The translations under genes were made by a program, and so were the position numbers. The notes under the pieces are model-generated. The model was not told where the DNA came from. It saw nothing but the letters and a program-made list of their open reading frames with translations, and did not search any database. This document shows, piece by piece, positions 23,124 to 35,488 of a DNA stretch of 64,000 nucleotides (the first letter of the stretch is position 1; every line of letters begins with the position of its first letter). Source of the stretch: Eledone cirrhosa (taxonomy: Eukaryota); NCBI GenBank assembly GCA_964016885.1, contig OZ024746.1, positions 38,440,001-38,504,000 of the forward strand. The letters are read 5' to 3'.

Positions 23124-23660
23124 TATTTTCCGTTGTGTTGTAATATAAATATTACACACAGTAGATTGACAGCTCACGTAGAGTTTGCTCGACGGTTCCA
23201 GTTGTAGTTCCAAAAGTAATTCGGAGAAAAATAGAAAGATTTGAATGGATACAGTTTAGTTGAAAGGAATTTATTGACACGTGTTTCTATAACAGTTACA
23301 TAACCTGAAAACAGCTGCTATCTACAACGTATTAGTTATGCAGACATTCAATATTTCAATGTTATTATTTACTGTCATTTCAGTAGAATAATATTACTGA
23401 GGACCTGTTTGGTTTTTATAGAGAATATTAGGAGGGAGGGGTGAAGTTGTTAGAAGAATAGTTGAGGGAGTGGTTTTTTGATAGCAGTGAGAATTTTTGG
23501 TGGCAGTGAGTAATTAGATTCCCATCTGTTGTTTTGACATTTTTATAGAATATATTATTGGTTATTTTTCTAAATCTATAGAAGGATTAGAGATAGTAAA
23601 GATATGCGTGGTTGGTTTTGTGTTTGCACTTAATTAACATTCAGACTTAAATTTTTCTTT
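23121..23660 (-). mobile_element. 3' remnant of a Penelope-like element
   Basis: Minus strand encodes KCKHKTNHAYLYY (cf. CKHKLRKTFLYF of the 16401 ORF); downstream GAAACACGUGUC (hammerhead 3' half, 23276-23287) + AATAAA; ends at (TA)n. Confidence 0.6.
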
Positions 23661-23916
23661 CAAGTGTACGTATCATTTCACCCACGCATTCACACACAAA
23701 CATATTTGCACACCTCTACAAGATACATATACTCACATTCACATAGTAACATGTTCATACTTACATGTTCATACTTACATGCATACATATATATATACAC
23801 ACATGTATTCATGTACATACATACGCGTTCATGTGTATACATTTTCATACTCAACTTATCTTTATATACACACGTATAGACACACACATATATACATACA
23901 TACTCTAGTCTATGTG

Positions 23917-24010
<94 letters not shown>

Positions 24011-24195
24011 CACTTTAATACATGAATACTTACATCTAACTCTACACATCAAACATATATATATATTTACTTATTTATATACATTTTCACATATATATAC
24101 ATATTATGGTCGCTTTTAGACACATTCATTATCGCATTTTTGCACCTATTCTCATCAGCATATCTTTCCATTATTAGTGTGGTAATTTGAGGTTA

Positions 24196-24240
<45 letters not shown>

Positions 24241-24267
24241 GCATACATATATATATATGTGTGTATG

Positions 24268-24362
<95 letters not shown>

Positions 24363-24397
24363 GCATACATATATATATATGTGTGTATGTACGTATA

Positions 24398-24505
24398 TAA
24401 TTGTTTCTACTTTAGGCACAAGGCCACTAATTATCCAGTGCATTAATGGTACTTTATTTTATCGACCCCGTAAGGATGAAATGCAAAGTCCACTTCGGCG
24501 GGATT
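24398..24505 (-). mobile_element. 5'-truncated SINE
   Basis: Reverse complement of the SINE core and 3' end. Confidence 0.85.
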
Positions 24506-24571
24506 TGTATGTATATAATGGCAGATAGATAGATGTAAACACACGCACGCCCAAAAAATACACACAAACAT

Positions 24572-24572
<1 letters not shown>

Positions 24573-24656
<84 letters not shown>

Positions 24657-24680
24657 GATAGATAGATAGATAGATAGATA
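24573..24680. repeat. (GATA)n microsatellite, 3' flank of Tx1 family B
   Basis: Direct reading of the sequence. Confidence 0.95.
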
Positions 24681-27600
24681 TGTTTCTTTTATTTGCCACT
24701 AGGGCATCAAAAGTGGGACAAGTACAAAGGGGGGAGTTTACACAAAAAGGCGTCCTCAATAAGGAGGAGGCAATAACAAAATATAAAAATAAAATAAGAT
24801 ATAACAAAAAATAAAATTTTTAACAAAATCCTCAATAGAGAGGAGGCGCCTTGGGGGGTCGCACACACCCCCGAAAAAAGTGTGCAACCCTTCTCCTCAG
24901 GAGCACAGAGAAGGGGGTGCTCCCTTGGTCTTTCATCTTCCTCGCCTATAGTCTGATGTAGAGTGAAGGCCCATTCACACGGGCCATTCTCGCCACTTTC
25001 ACCCATCTTTCATAGAAACGGCTGGGGTGCAGCACCTCTCTCTCCATCCTGATCCTTCTTCCGAAATGATATCGGAAGAAACGGACCAGTTGTTGGCCAG
25101 AGAGAAAGGTGCCTGACCTCAGTCCTTTCAGACGCGTCCACCATACAACCTCTTTCGCCATGGCTATTACGCACAGAAACACCGCCTCTGCTTCATCTTT
25201 GAAGGGGGGGGGGGCGGCTTGATCATTACAATAGACTCGGTGGTCAACCGGATCGGTCCCACCCTTGACAGCAGTTGTTCGACATAGCCCCACAGATCGG
25301 CTGCGCCCGAGCAGTGTACCAATGCGTGTGCAACGGTTCCCTCGTCGCACACGCATCTGGGACAGATCTTTTTCGAGGGGTCCCTACCCGGGCGCCCGTG
25401 TCTGTAGAGCCTTTCTCGAACGGGTAAAGCCCCTCGGTAGCACTGCCAGGTCAGGGACTTCTGGAAGTTGTCCATAGGTCCCGGGCTGAATGTCCTACCG
25501 AACAGGCTGGCCAGTTCGTCCTCCTCCATGTCTAGGGCTTCTCCGAGGGCGTCGTCGCACCTGCTGCGTACCAGCCCTCTATAGAATGTTGCGGTGGAGT
25601 CTCCACTGATAACCGGATCCGCCTGCCAGAGGGCGGTGAGCGCCTGGGCACACTCAGTGTGCCAGGCGCCCAGTTTTCTCGGTCTTTGCTTGACACAGGA
25701 TTGCAGCTCGGTGAGTGAGACGAGTCTGGGAAAGGTTAGTCTCACAAACGAGGCCCACACCGGTTGTCCGGTGAGGAATACGTAGAGGTGCCGTAGCCTT
25801 AATGCGTGTTTACGCATCAATAGCCACGGCATCCCCAGCCCTCCTTTCGAAGGGTGTTGACAGCAGATGGATCTCCTCACCATAGGAGCCCGCCTCTTCC
25901 AAAGGAATTGGAAGAGCGCGCGCTCCATCTTGGTGAGGGTTTCCCTTGGGCAGGGCACTACGGTCAGGAGGTAGTAGATGACGGACGCTATGTAGGTGTT
26001 CGCCACCTCCGCCCGACCTTTCAGGGATAGTTTGCAACTGGCCCACTTCTGGGTCAGTGCAAACACCCTGTTCGTAACCTCCGCCCAGTTTTTCTCCACC
26101 TGGAGGTCCGGTCCGAACCAGACCCCGAGCAACTTCACCGGGCCCTCCGTCCAGCGTCCGACGACGCCATCGGAGGGCATCGGTCTGCCCCTCCACGTGC
26201 CGAGTTGCAAACCGATCGACTTGTCCCGGTTCAGCTTAGCCCCTGTGAACTTTTCGTACTCCTCCAGTAAGGTGCCGACCGCCTCGATTTCGGAGGCCGT
26301 CGACACCATTACTGTCACGTCATCGGCGTAGGCCGACACCGCTTTCCGCAATCCCGGTTCCAAAGGGATGCCCTGCAACAACTCCAACTTCCGCAGTAGT
26401 GGCTCGAGAGTCAACACATACAGAAGGGAGGAGAGAGGGCACTCTTGTCGGATGGACCGCGCGATTTTGAACGGCTCCGAGAGGTAGCCGTTCACCTTGA
26501 CCCTAGAACAGATGCGGCTGCTGTGCATAGCAGTGATCCAGCCCCTGAAACGGGTCCGAAGCCTGCCGCCGCTAGCACCGCATCCAGGTAACCATGGTCG
26601 ACCCTATCGAACGCCTTAGATTGATCCAAGTTGATCAGAGCCCCACCAAAGCCGGGTTCGTTCCCAACCCTCTCTATGATGTATCGCATAAGGTGGAGGT
26701 TGTCATGGATGGACCTGGACGAGATAGCGCATGTCTGCGCATCTCCCACCAGGTTGCCCACGACAAGCGCCAACCTCTTTGCTAGCACCTTGGCCAAAAT
26801 CTGTAACTCTGTATTTAGCAGTGTTATGGGCCTGAAGTTACTTATTTCGTCCCCCTTGTTCTCGTCCTTCCTCACTAGCGTGACTACGCCCTTGGTCACA
26901 GTACAGGGAATTCTCCCGTTCTGTTGCCAGTTGCAGTAGACCGCCTCGAGGAGATCGGGGAACAAGTCCGGCATAGCTAGATATAATTCGTAAGGAAGAC
27001 CATCGAGACCCGGGGATTTGCGTTTGCCGCATTGGCTCAGCACGTCCTCTATCTCAGTGGCCGAAATCGGCTCCTCGCAGGACTTCGCCTCCCTGTCCGA
27101 GAGGCGCGGCAGGCCGTCGAGGTATGGACCGAAGTCCACGTTCCCAACCGGCTCCCCGCCCCTCCCGAACAGTCGAGCAAAGTGCCTTTGAAAGGCCTCA
27201 CACATCTGCTTAGGCTCAAGAATCGCCCGTCCATCCAGGTCTCGCAAAGACCGGATGGTGGATTTAGTTCCACTGTTGGCCTCTGTCACGCGGGCCCAGC
27301 TAACAGCTTTGGTCCCCTCGTTCCCTAGAGCACGTATTTAACTTCGGACAACGCAGCCTTCGTGCTTCGCGTCGAAAAACTGGCTCAAAGCCGTTCTCGA
27401 CGCTAGCACTCTGGCCACGTCGCCGCTTCTAATTGCCTCTTCTACTCTATCTATTAGCTCCCTTTCCTTCCTATTCCTATCCGCAGCTAGAACCTTACTA
27501 AATTCTATCGAGACTACTCTAATCTCTCTCTTTAGAGATACCCACCACCTGCTGTTGACGATCGCTCCAGTCAACCGTTCCTTAACTAACGTACTAATCC

Positions 27601-28856
27601 GATTCCTGTAGGCTCTACTTGCCGGCAAGGACAAGTTGAGCTTCCAGTAACCGGGGCCCTGTCTATGAGTTTTGTCAAGGTTGACCATGCAGGTCACTAA
27701 TTTGTGGTCTGAATAGCCAACCATGCGCATTTTTGGACAACTTAAAAAGTCCTTATCCTTAATTCTAACTAAGAACCTATCTAGGTACGACCTAGATGAT
27801 CCGCTACGATTTGCCCAAGTCCAGGTTGGCGCAGTCGGAAAATCTAGTCGATATCTATCGGCCAGGTCAAATCGACCGATTAACCCTTTGAGGCTATTAC
27901 ACCCCTCTCTATCGGGGCAGGCCCCTACGTAGTCCCAGCGTGCATCTTGGATACCATTCCAGTCCCCCACTAATAGCAAGGAGCGGGACGTCCCTAGAAA
28001 AGTCTCCAGACGATGGAAGAAGTCCGGCCGCATTGACCCGAAAGGGCCGTAGGCGGCTACCAACCTAAACGCTCCGCCTTTACCACTGCCAAGGTCCAGC
28101 ACCACTAGTCGACCCTCCGGGTCCAAATGTACCATCTGTGTTGCGAGACCCAGATGTTTTTGCAGCAGAACGACAACTCCACCCCCACCTCCGGGCTGAC
28201 AGAGAGATGCGTGCATCTCAAAGTCATCAAAGGTGGGGGCCAGCTGTCGCACGTTGCTGATCCGGGCCTCGCAAATAACCATCACATCTATACGTTGTGA
28301 CCTGAGGTCATTTAGAAGCATTTCTTGCTTCCAAGTTGAGCCCAGGCCACGCGCATTTAAACAGCCTACTCTTAGCATAGCCATGTTGGTGGTGTAGAGA
28401 AAAGGCACTTACCTCTCTGCGTCCCGGGTATCGGGCTGCACAATTTCCATTAGGGTGGGGGATGGGTTGTTGGGTGGGGTGGTGGTTTGTGGAAGTGTGG
28501 GGGCATCAGTGTGTTGTGTGGTTGGGGAGCTTGGAGTTGTGTGGGTGTTTGGGGAGGGGGTGGGATAGTTTTTAGGAGGACGCGGTTAATGGGCCCGACG
28601 CAGGGGGGACCCACGTCCTCTTTAAAATTGTTTTTTAAAGTTTTATAGGTGTCCTGTGGGGCCTTAATCATTTTGAGGTGGGGGAAATCCCCTGCCTGGG
28701 TGAAGTTAGGCCCTTGTGTTTTTATTAGATTGTTGTTGTACACAATGTTTAACAGTTTTTTTGTTTCTTGTATTTATGTATGTGTATGCATGTTTTTGTT
28801 TTTGTGTGGTGTTTTTTGTTTGCTGTTGTTGTGAGCTCTTTTGTGTTGGTGTCAGT
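24681..28856 (-). mobile_element. Tx1-clade LINE, family B, 5'-truncated within ORF1
   Basis: ORF2 pieces 27338-28408, 26492-27289, 25167-26528 and 24946-25356 give APE, RT (YADD) and CCHC domains; 3' end GTGGCAAATAAA..GAAACA then (TATC)n. Confidence 0.92.
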
Positions 28857-28895
<39 letters not shown>

Positions 28896-28942
28896 TATAG
28901 ATAGATAGATAGATATATAGATAGATAGATAGATAGATAGAT
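28857..28942. repeat. (GATA)n microsatellite, 5' flank of Tx1 family B
   Basis: Direct reading of the sequence. Confidence 0.95.
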
Positions 28943-29992
28943 AATGTATGTCCATACACACAACAAGAAAACGCTACCTTAGGTTTCAAGATCCTGTTAT
29001 ACCCCGCCCTCCAGATTATGCTCGGTAATGCAGAATATGTGGTGGGGAGATCAAAGACATTACCCAGTAATCAGCCGTTGGGGCAAATTCTGGAAAACCG
29101 ATAAAAGTATAGAAAGCTTCTTTAGCGTTCCTTTTTAAAATATTTCTTCATTTATTTGTGTCCTATAAGAAAAGGGAATAACTCACGATGTAAAATTAAA
29201 CTGCGTATGTTTGTACCTGTGCGTTCCGTATTGTAAGTATGGATTATAAAAGTGTGGTCGCATGTTAAGTATAGGAACTCTATGGTGTTATGTCATGGTA
29301 TTCGTATTTAAGTATGGGAATTGAATTGAATAAGAAGTGAGTGGTCTTAAATGGTGGTATATAAGTGTAGAAACAGACAGTTTTATGTAGAAAGAACAGA
29401 AATCAATGTCAAGCTGGTTGAAGATCTGGTGAATTCATTTAAAATAATTGACATTGAGATGTAGGCATCCTTTAGAAATCTCGTTCTTAGATTTCAGGTA
29501 ATTGTTTGCAAAGGATACAATTTGTAAGATTGTAAACCTGCAGTGTGGCAGAGAAATAATCTCTCACTACTGCTGGCATTAGGTCTAGTCGTCTCACATA
29601 TCTTGGATGTAATTTTATGTGGGAGTCCTTTATCAATTAATTGTCAAACACATCTTGCCAGAACAGTGCTGGTTCATATCAATATGAGTAAATGATGGAG
29701 TAGAATCCTTGTTTAAAGAGATCTTGCACCATAACAACATAGCCTTCGCTAGCTTTAGAATTTTATTTTATGGTATGCAAATCAGTGGTGCGAAAACTGA
29801 GACGCCCGTCCACTCAAAGAAGCCTGTGCAGTGCACTTTACATGTGAATAGGATTTCACTGAAGCTGGTGAAGAAGTTTATATATATATATATAACGACA
29901 GATAGATAAGATAGATGTACACTCACGTACGCAAACGCACACACACGCACACACACACATACACACACGCATACACATACATATATATAAAT

Positions 29993-30671
29993 ATTGGGGC
30001 CGTATTCACGAGTGAAGAAAAGCAGGAGACTGAATCATGTGCAAGAATTGCAGGAGCTGGTGCAGTAATGCGCTAGCTTCAGCATTTGGTAATCAGAAGA
30101 AAGGAAGTAGGTGTAAAAGCCAAACCCGCTATCTTTAATTCGGTATTCGTGCCAACCCTTACTTGTGGTCATGAATCTTGGGTAATGACCGAAAGAATAC
30201 GATCGCGAATGCAAGCGGCCGAAATGGAGTTCCTTCGAAGGGTCTTTGGAGTAACGTTTCTCGATAGAGCGCGCAGATCACAGAATCACTCCAGGTAGAG
30301 CCGCTACTTCTCTGAATAAAAAGGTCCCAGCACCTATATTATGGGCATGTGCTTAGAAGGTCTCAGGAAAGAATCACTAAACAGATTTTACGGGAAACCC
30401 TGCGGTAGACCCCGAGCAAGATGATTTTATAACACCCATGTGTGGCTGGTCTCACCAGGACCTGCTAGAAGGAGCTTTTGCGGACTCTACCCTCACGACC
30501 CTATCGGGAATAAGTGGCTGGAGAAGAAGAAGAAGAAGAAGAAGAAGAAGAAGAAGAAGAAGAAGAAGAAGAAGAAGAAGAAGAAGAAGAAGAAGAAGAA
30601 GAAGAAGAAGAAGAAGAAGAAGAAGAAGAAGAAGAAGAAGAAGAAGAAGAAGAAGAAGAAGAAGAAGAAGA
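29993..30671 (+). mobile_element. 5'-truncated RTE-clade LINE with long (GAA)n tail (30523-30671)
   Basis: PTLTCGHESWVMTERIRSRMQAAEMEFLRRVFGVT.LDR is a typical RTE C-terminal region. Confidence 0.8.
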
Positions 30672-31186
30672 TGCAAAGGGAAGTTATTCTTAATCCTACA
30701 GGAGCAGCTTGGATTTACGTCGGGATTGGTAGTGGAGATTCTGGTGTTACTGATACTTAAAAGTGATCCTGAATATCCTAAGGTTTTCAACACACCACAA
30801 TACATGGTATTGCAACAAGTATAGTTAAGAGCGTTAGATGTGTGTTTGGGTAGGAATTTGATTCGTTAGATATCAGTATAACTTAACAAATATTCAAAGG
30901 TCGTTATCGTTCTGACATTTCTTTAAAACGTGCATTGTCTTCGCATCAGGTAATACGTCGGGTTGGCAAGAATTAGTTAGATATGGTTCACAAACGAGGT
31001 TATAGATAGATATATCATTTTAAGCTGTTGTTTAGTTTCTGGTTTGTTTATGTATTTGTATATCAGAAGAAATAATGTGAGAAGAATTGAGAAAATTGGG
31101 AAGGAGAGGCAAAAGGATACACAGACAGACAGACAGAGAGACATATTGCGGAATTAATGAAATTGAAGACTTAATATCGAATGTGC

Positions 31187-31265
<79 letters not shown>

Positions 31266-31554
31266 CAAATAACGAAACGAAATTAAATTTCGTTTCGTTT
31301 GTAACTCACTTTTGTATGACTGACGCTTAAACAATTAAGTTAAAGATGTACATCCATATATGTATACTGAAATACTAGTATGTATATGAATACACACACG
31401 TATACATATGTAGATGTACCAAGTTTTTTCACTGGTCACTTTACTGTGAGTGGCCAGCTATTCTGTATGTAAACACACAGACAAACCGGTTTTTAGAGTC
31501 ATACTGGTTTTTGAGGAAACACCTTTCCTCTATTCTCCAGAAAGCCAGACAAGG

Positions 31555-31599
31555 AATATTGAACTAGTTTCGTTGTTGTTACAACTCATCAGCAATATT
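31555..31599 (-). ncRNA. Minimal type I hammerhead ribozyme (array unit)
   Basis: AAUAUUG-CUGAUGA-GUUG(UAACAA)CAAC-GAAA-CUAG-UU-CAAUAUU. Confidence 0.85.
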
Positions 31600-32021
31600 T
31601 ACCTATCTTCCGGCCTCTCTAGAGAATCGTAAAAGCACATATCGTTATATGCTTTTTCTATGAAAATTAGTAGTGGGCAGACTAATTTGCATAGAGTGTG
31701 AGTAAGTACCAGTTCAACGGAGACGATAAAAACAAATAACGAAACGAAATTAAATTTCGTTTCGTTTGTAACTCACTTTTGTATGACTGACGCTTAAACA
31801 ATTAAGTTAAAGATGTACATCCATATATGTATACTGAAATACTAGTATGTATATGAATACACACACGTATACATATGTAGATGTACCAAGTTTTTTCACT
31901 GGTCACTTTACTGTGAGTGGCCAGCTATTCTGTATGTAAACACACAGACAAACCGGTTTTTAGAGTCATACTGGTTTTTGAGGAAACACCTTTCCTCTAT
32001 TCTCCAGAAAGCCAGACAAGG

Positions 32022-32066
32022 AATATTGAACTAGTTTCGTTGTTGTTACAACTCATCAGCAATATT
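32022..32066 (-). ncRNA. Minimal type I hammerhead ribozyme (array unit)
   Basis: Same 45-nt motif. Confidence 0.85.
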
Positions 32067-32405
32067 TACCTATCTTCCGGCCTCTCTAGAGAATCGTAAA
32101 AGCACATATCGTTATATGCTTTTTCTACATATGTATACGTGTGTGTATTCATATACATACTAGTATTTCAGTATACATATATGGATGTACATCTTTAACT
32201 TAATTGTTTAAGCGTCAGTCATACAAAAGTGAGTTACAAACGAAACGAAATTTAATTTCGTTTCGTTATTTGTTTTTATCGTCTCCGTTGAACCGGTACT
32301 TACTCACACTCTATGCAAATTAGTCTGCCCACTACTAATTTTCATAGAAAAAGCATATAACGATATGTGCTTTTACGATTCTCTAGAGAGGCCGGAAGAT
32401 AGGTA

Positions 32406-32450
32406 AATATTGCTGATGAGTTGTAACAACAACGAAACTAGTTCAATATT
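32406..32450 (+). ncRNA. Minimal type I hammerhead ribozyme (array unit)
   Basis: Same 45-nt motif; predicted cleavage after 32443. Confidence 0.85.
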
Positions 32451-32871
32451 CCTTGTCTGGCTTTCTGGAGAATAGAGGAAAGGTGTTTCCTCAAAAACCA
32501 GTATGACTCTAAAAACCGGTTTGTCTGTGTGTTTACATACAGAATAGCTGGCCACTCACAGTAAAGTGACCAGTGAAAAAACTTGGTACATCTACATATG
32601 TATACGTGTGTGTATTCATATAATACTAGTATTTCAGTATACATATATGGATGTACATCTTTAACTTAATTGTTTAAGCGTCAGTCATACAAAAGTGAGT
32701 TACAAACGAAACGAAATTTAATTTCGTTTCGTTATTTGTTTTTATCGTCTCCGTTGAACCGGTACTTACTCACACTCTATGCAAATTAGTCTGCCCACTA
32801 CTAATTTTCATAGAAAAAGCATATAACGATATGTGCTTTTACGATTCTCTAGAGAGGCCGGAAGATAGGTA

Positions 32872-32916
32872 AATATTGCTGATGAGTTGTAACAACAACG
32901 AAACTAGTTCAATATT
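32872..32916 (+). ncRNA. Minimal type I hammerhead ribozyme (array unit)
   Basis: Same 45-nt motif; predicted cleavage after 32909. Confidence 0.85.
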
Positions 32917-33338
32917 CCTTGTCTGGCTTTCTGGAGAATAGAGGAAAGGTGTTTCCTCAAAAACCAGTATGACTCTAAAAACCGGTTTGTCTGTGTGTTT
33001 ACATACAGAATAGCTGGCCACTCACAGTAAAGTGACCAGTGAACAAACTTGGTACATCTACATATGTATACGTGTGTGTATTCATATACATACTAGTATT
33101 TCAGTATACATATATGGATGTACATCTTTAACTTAATTGTTTAAGCGTCAGTCATACAAAAGTGAGTTACAAACGAAACGAAATTTAATTATGTTTCGTT
33201 ATTTGTTTTTATCGTCTCCGTTGAACCGGTACTTACTCACACTCTATGCAAATTAGTCTGCCCACTACTAATTTTCATAGAAAAAGCATATAACGATATG
33301 TGCTTTTACGATTCTCTAGAGAGGCCGGAAGATAGGTA

Positions 33339-33383
33339 AATATTGCTGATGAGTTGTAACAACAACGAAACTAGTTCAATATT
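33339..33383 (+). ncRNA. Minimal type I hammerhead ribozyme (array unit)
   Basis: Same 45-nt motif; predicted cleavage after 33376. Confidence 0.85.
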
Positions 33384-33805
33384 CCTTGTCTGGCTTTCTG
33401 GAGAATAGAGGAAAGGTGTTTCCTCAAAAACCAGTATGACTCTAAAAACCGGTTTGTCTGTGTGTTTACATACAGAATAGCTGGCCACTCACAGTAAAGT
33501 GACCAGTGAAAAAACTTGGTACATCTACATATGTATACGTGTGTGTATTCATATACATACTAGTATTTCAGTATACATATATGGATGTACATCTTTAACT
33601 TAATTGTTTAAGCGTCAGTCATACAAAAGTGAGTTACAAACGAAACGAAATTTAATTTCGTTTCGTTATTTGTTTTTATCGTCTCCGTTGAACCGGTACT
33701 TACTCACACTCTATGCAAATTAGTCTGCCCACTACTAATTTTCATAGAAAAAGCATATAACGATATGTGCTTTTACGATTCTCTAGAGAGGCCGGAAGAT
33801 AGGTA

Positions 33806-33850
33806 AATATTGCTGATGAGTTGTAACAACAACGAAACTAGTTCAATATT
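33806..33850 (+). ncRNA. Minimal type I hammerhead ribozyme (array unit)
   Basis: Same 45-nt motif; predicted cleavage after 33843. Confidence 0.85.
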
Positions 33851-34297
33851 CCTTGTCTGGCTTTCTGGAGAATAGAGGAAAGGTGTTTCCTCAAAAACCA
33901 GTATGACTCTAAAAACCGGTTTGTCTGTGTGTTTACATACAGAATAGCTGGCCACTCACAGTAAAGTGACCAGTGAAAAAACTTGGTACATCTACATATG
34001 TATACGTGTGTGTATTCATATACATACTAGTATTTCAGTATACATATATGGATGTACATCTTTAACTTAATTATATATATATATATATATATATACATTT
34101 AAGTTTTATGGTTGACCACTGGATAGAATTGGTTATTTCTTATAGTTAACCATGTTATAATAGTAAGAAAAGGACTCGACGTTACGCAACTCATCCATCT
34201 TTGATGTTGAATCCTGTTGTCGGTGCAGGAACGGACTTAATTAGTATTAAGTAAAATGACAGGAGGCTGGACTGGTAAAATTCCTTCAAATTGTTAT

Positions 34298-34377
34298 TTC
34301 TTCTTCTTCACCCACTTATTCCTGATAGGGTCGTGGGGGCAGATTCCTCAAACACTCCTTCCAGCGGGTCCTATCAG
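34298..34377 (-). mobile_element. Short 3' end of the same RTE family as 29993-30671
   Basis: ttcttcttcttcacccacttattcctgatagggtcgtg is the reverse complement of cacgaccctatcgggaataagtgg..gaagaagaa. Confidence 0.75.
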
Positions 34378-34449
34378 AAATTAAAAAAATTAAAGGTGTT
34401 TCACCCGTCCGCCCTCCTCTCATTTTATTCAATAATATATATACATATA

Positions 34450-34920
34450 CTAGTTGCATGCTCAATACAAAGCTTGACTACTTCAGTCTACATTGTGTTC
34501 AGCTCTGGCATGAGATCTTAAGTGGCTTTTTGGACCAGACATCCTTTTAAAAAACATCCATATAAATTGCACATTGGTTTTCGTTCAACTTGAACTGCCT
34601 GAGTAGCTTGATGAACCTTGAAATGCGTCTTTAGGCTTCCTTGAGATTTGCAGATTTGCATATGTGGAATCGATAAGGGCGAATTAGTATGTATGTTTTA
34701 TAGTCTTTATGAAGTGCCATATTGAGTGTTCATATGTGTCAAAATGGGATCATGAACTTCGCGTTCAATTGTATCCATAGGCTACAATAAAACAAAAAAT
34801 GAAGGAGAAGAGCATTTAGAAAATAAAGTCAGCAATATTATATAGTGGACCTCAATCTTGCAAGACCTGTGGACTTGCTTGCAAATCACTGGCAGGTCTA
34901 ACATGGCATGTCCGTTATAA
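34450..34920 (+). pseudogene. Decayed LINE 3' region (probably RTE) ending in a C2H2-like finger
   Basis: 34859-34915 translates to CKTCGLACKSLAGLTWHVR. Confidence 0.45.
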
Positions 34921-35249
34921 ATATCTGAACTTATTAAAGTTAATGGATTGTTCGGATTGTTATAAGTAGAAATCGATGGGAGAGTCCATCATATATATAA
35001 ATATATCTATATTTGTCTATCTATCTATATATATATATATATCTCTCTATATATATATATAGTATTAATTATACTATTTATGGTTATGTAAATATAAAAA
35101 CCTTTTGCAGTTATATATATTTTTATATAAACGCTAAATAGTGGTAGGCAGTAATATATTACTACCTTATTACCAGTAAGTTAAGTAGCTCAATGTAAAA
35201 ACATCAGATGATTTACAGAGGTCATATAAGTGTTCATTCAATAATAAAT

Positions 35250-35296
35250 TGCTCCGAAGAATCCAAACCTCGGTTTGGAGGAAACAGTTGTAAGCA
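35250..35296 (+). ncRNA. Type I hammerhead motif with U4C core change
   Basis: UGCU-CCGAAGA-A-UCCAAAC(CUCG)GUUUGGA-G-GAAA-CAGUUG-UA-AGCA, in a ~280-bp island between (TA)n tracts. Confidence 0.72.
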
Positions 35297-35335
35297 TAAA
35301 AATGTTTTGAACAGTTCTTTGATTCTTATAATTCT

Positions 35336-35367
<32 letters not shown>

Positions 35368-35368
35368 A

Positions 35369-35488
<120 letters not shown>

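Larger units (their letters stand above)
31259..34072. repeat. Array of 467-bp hammerhead-containing units: ~1.9 units on - strand joined to ~4.2 units on + strand (retrozyme-like)
   Basis: The same 60-aa ORF recurs at 467/466-bp spacing; units are almost identical; inversion junction at 32124-32127; (TA)n on both sides. Confidence 0.95.

Noticed and set aside
31450-33955. Six copies of the 60-aa ORF MASYSVCKHT...
   Set aside because: GTG start, no recognisable domain, antisense to the hammerhead; a by-product of the repeat unit.
31259-34072. CRISPR-like or plain satellite interpretation of the array
   Set aside because: There are no unique spacers and the context is eukaryotic; the intact ribozyme in each unit and the TA flanks fit a retro-derived multimer better.
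34171-34215. Minus-strand GGAUUC...GUAACGUC-GAGUCC hammerhead-like remnant
   Set aside because: Stem I pairs, but CUGANGA is absent and GAAA is mutated; too decayed to call.
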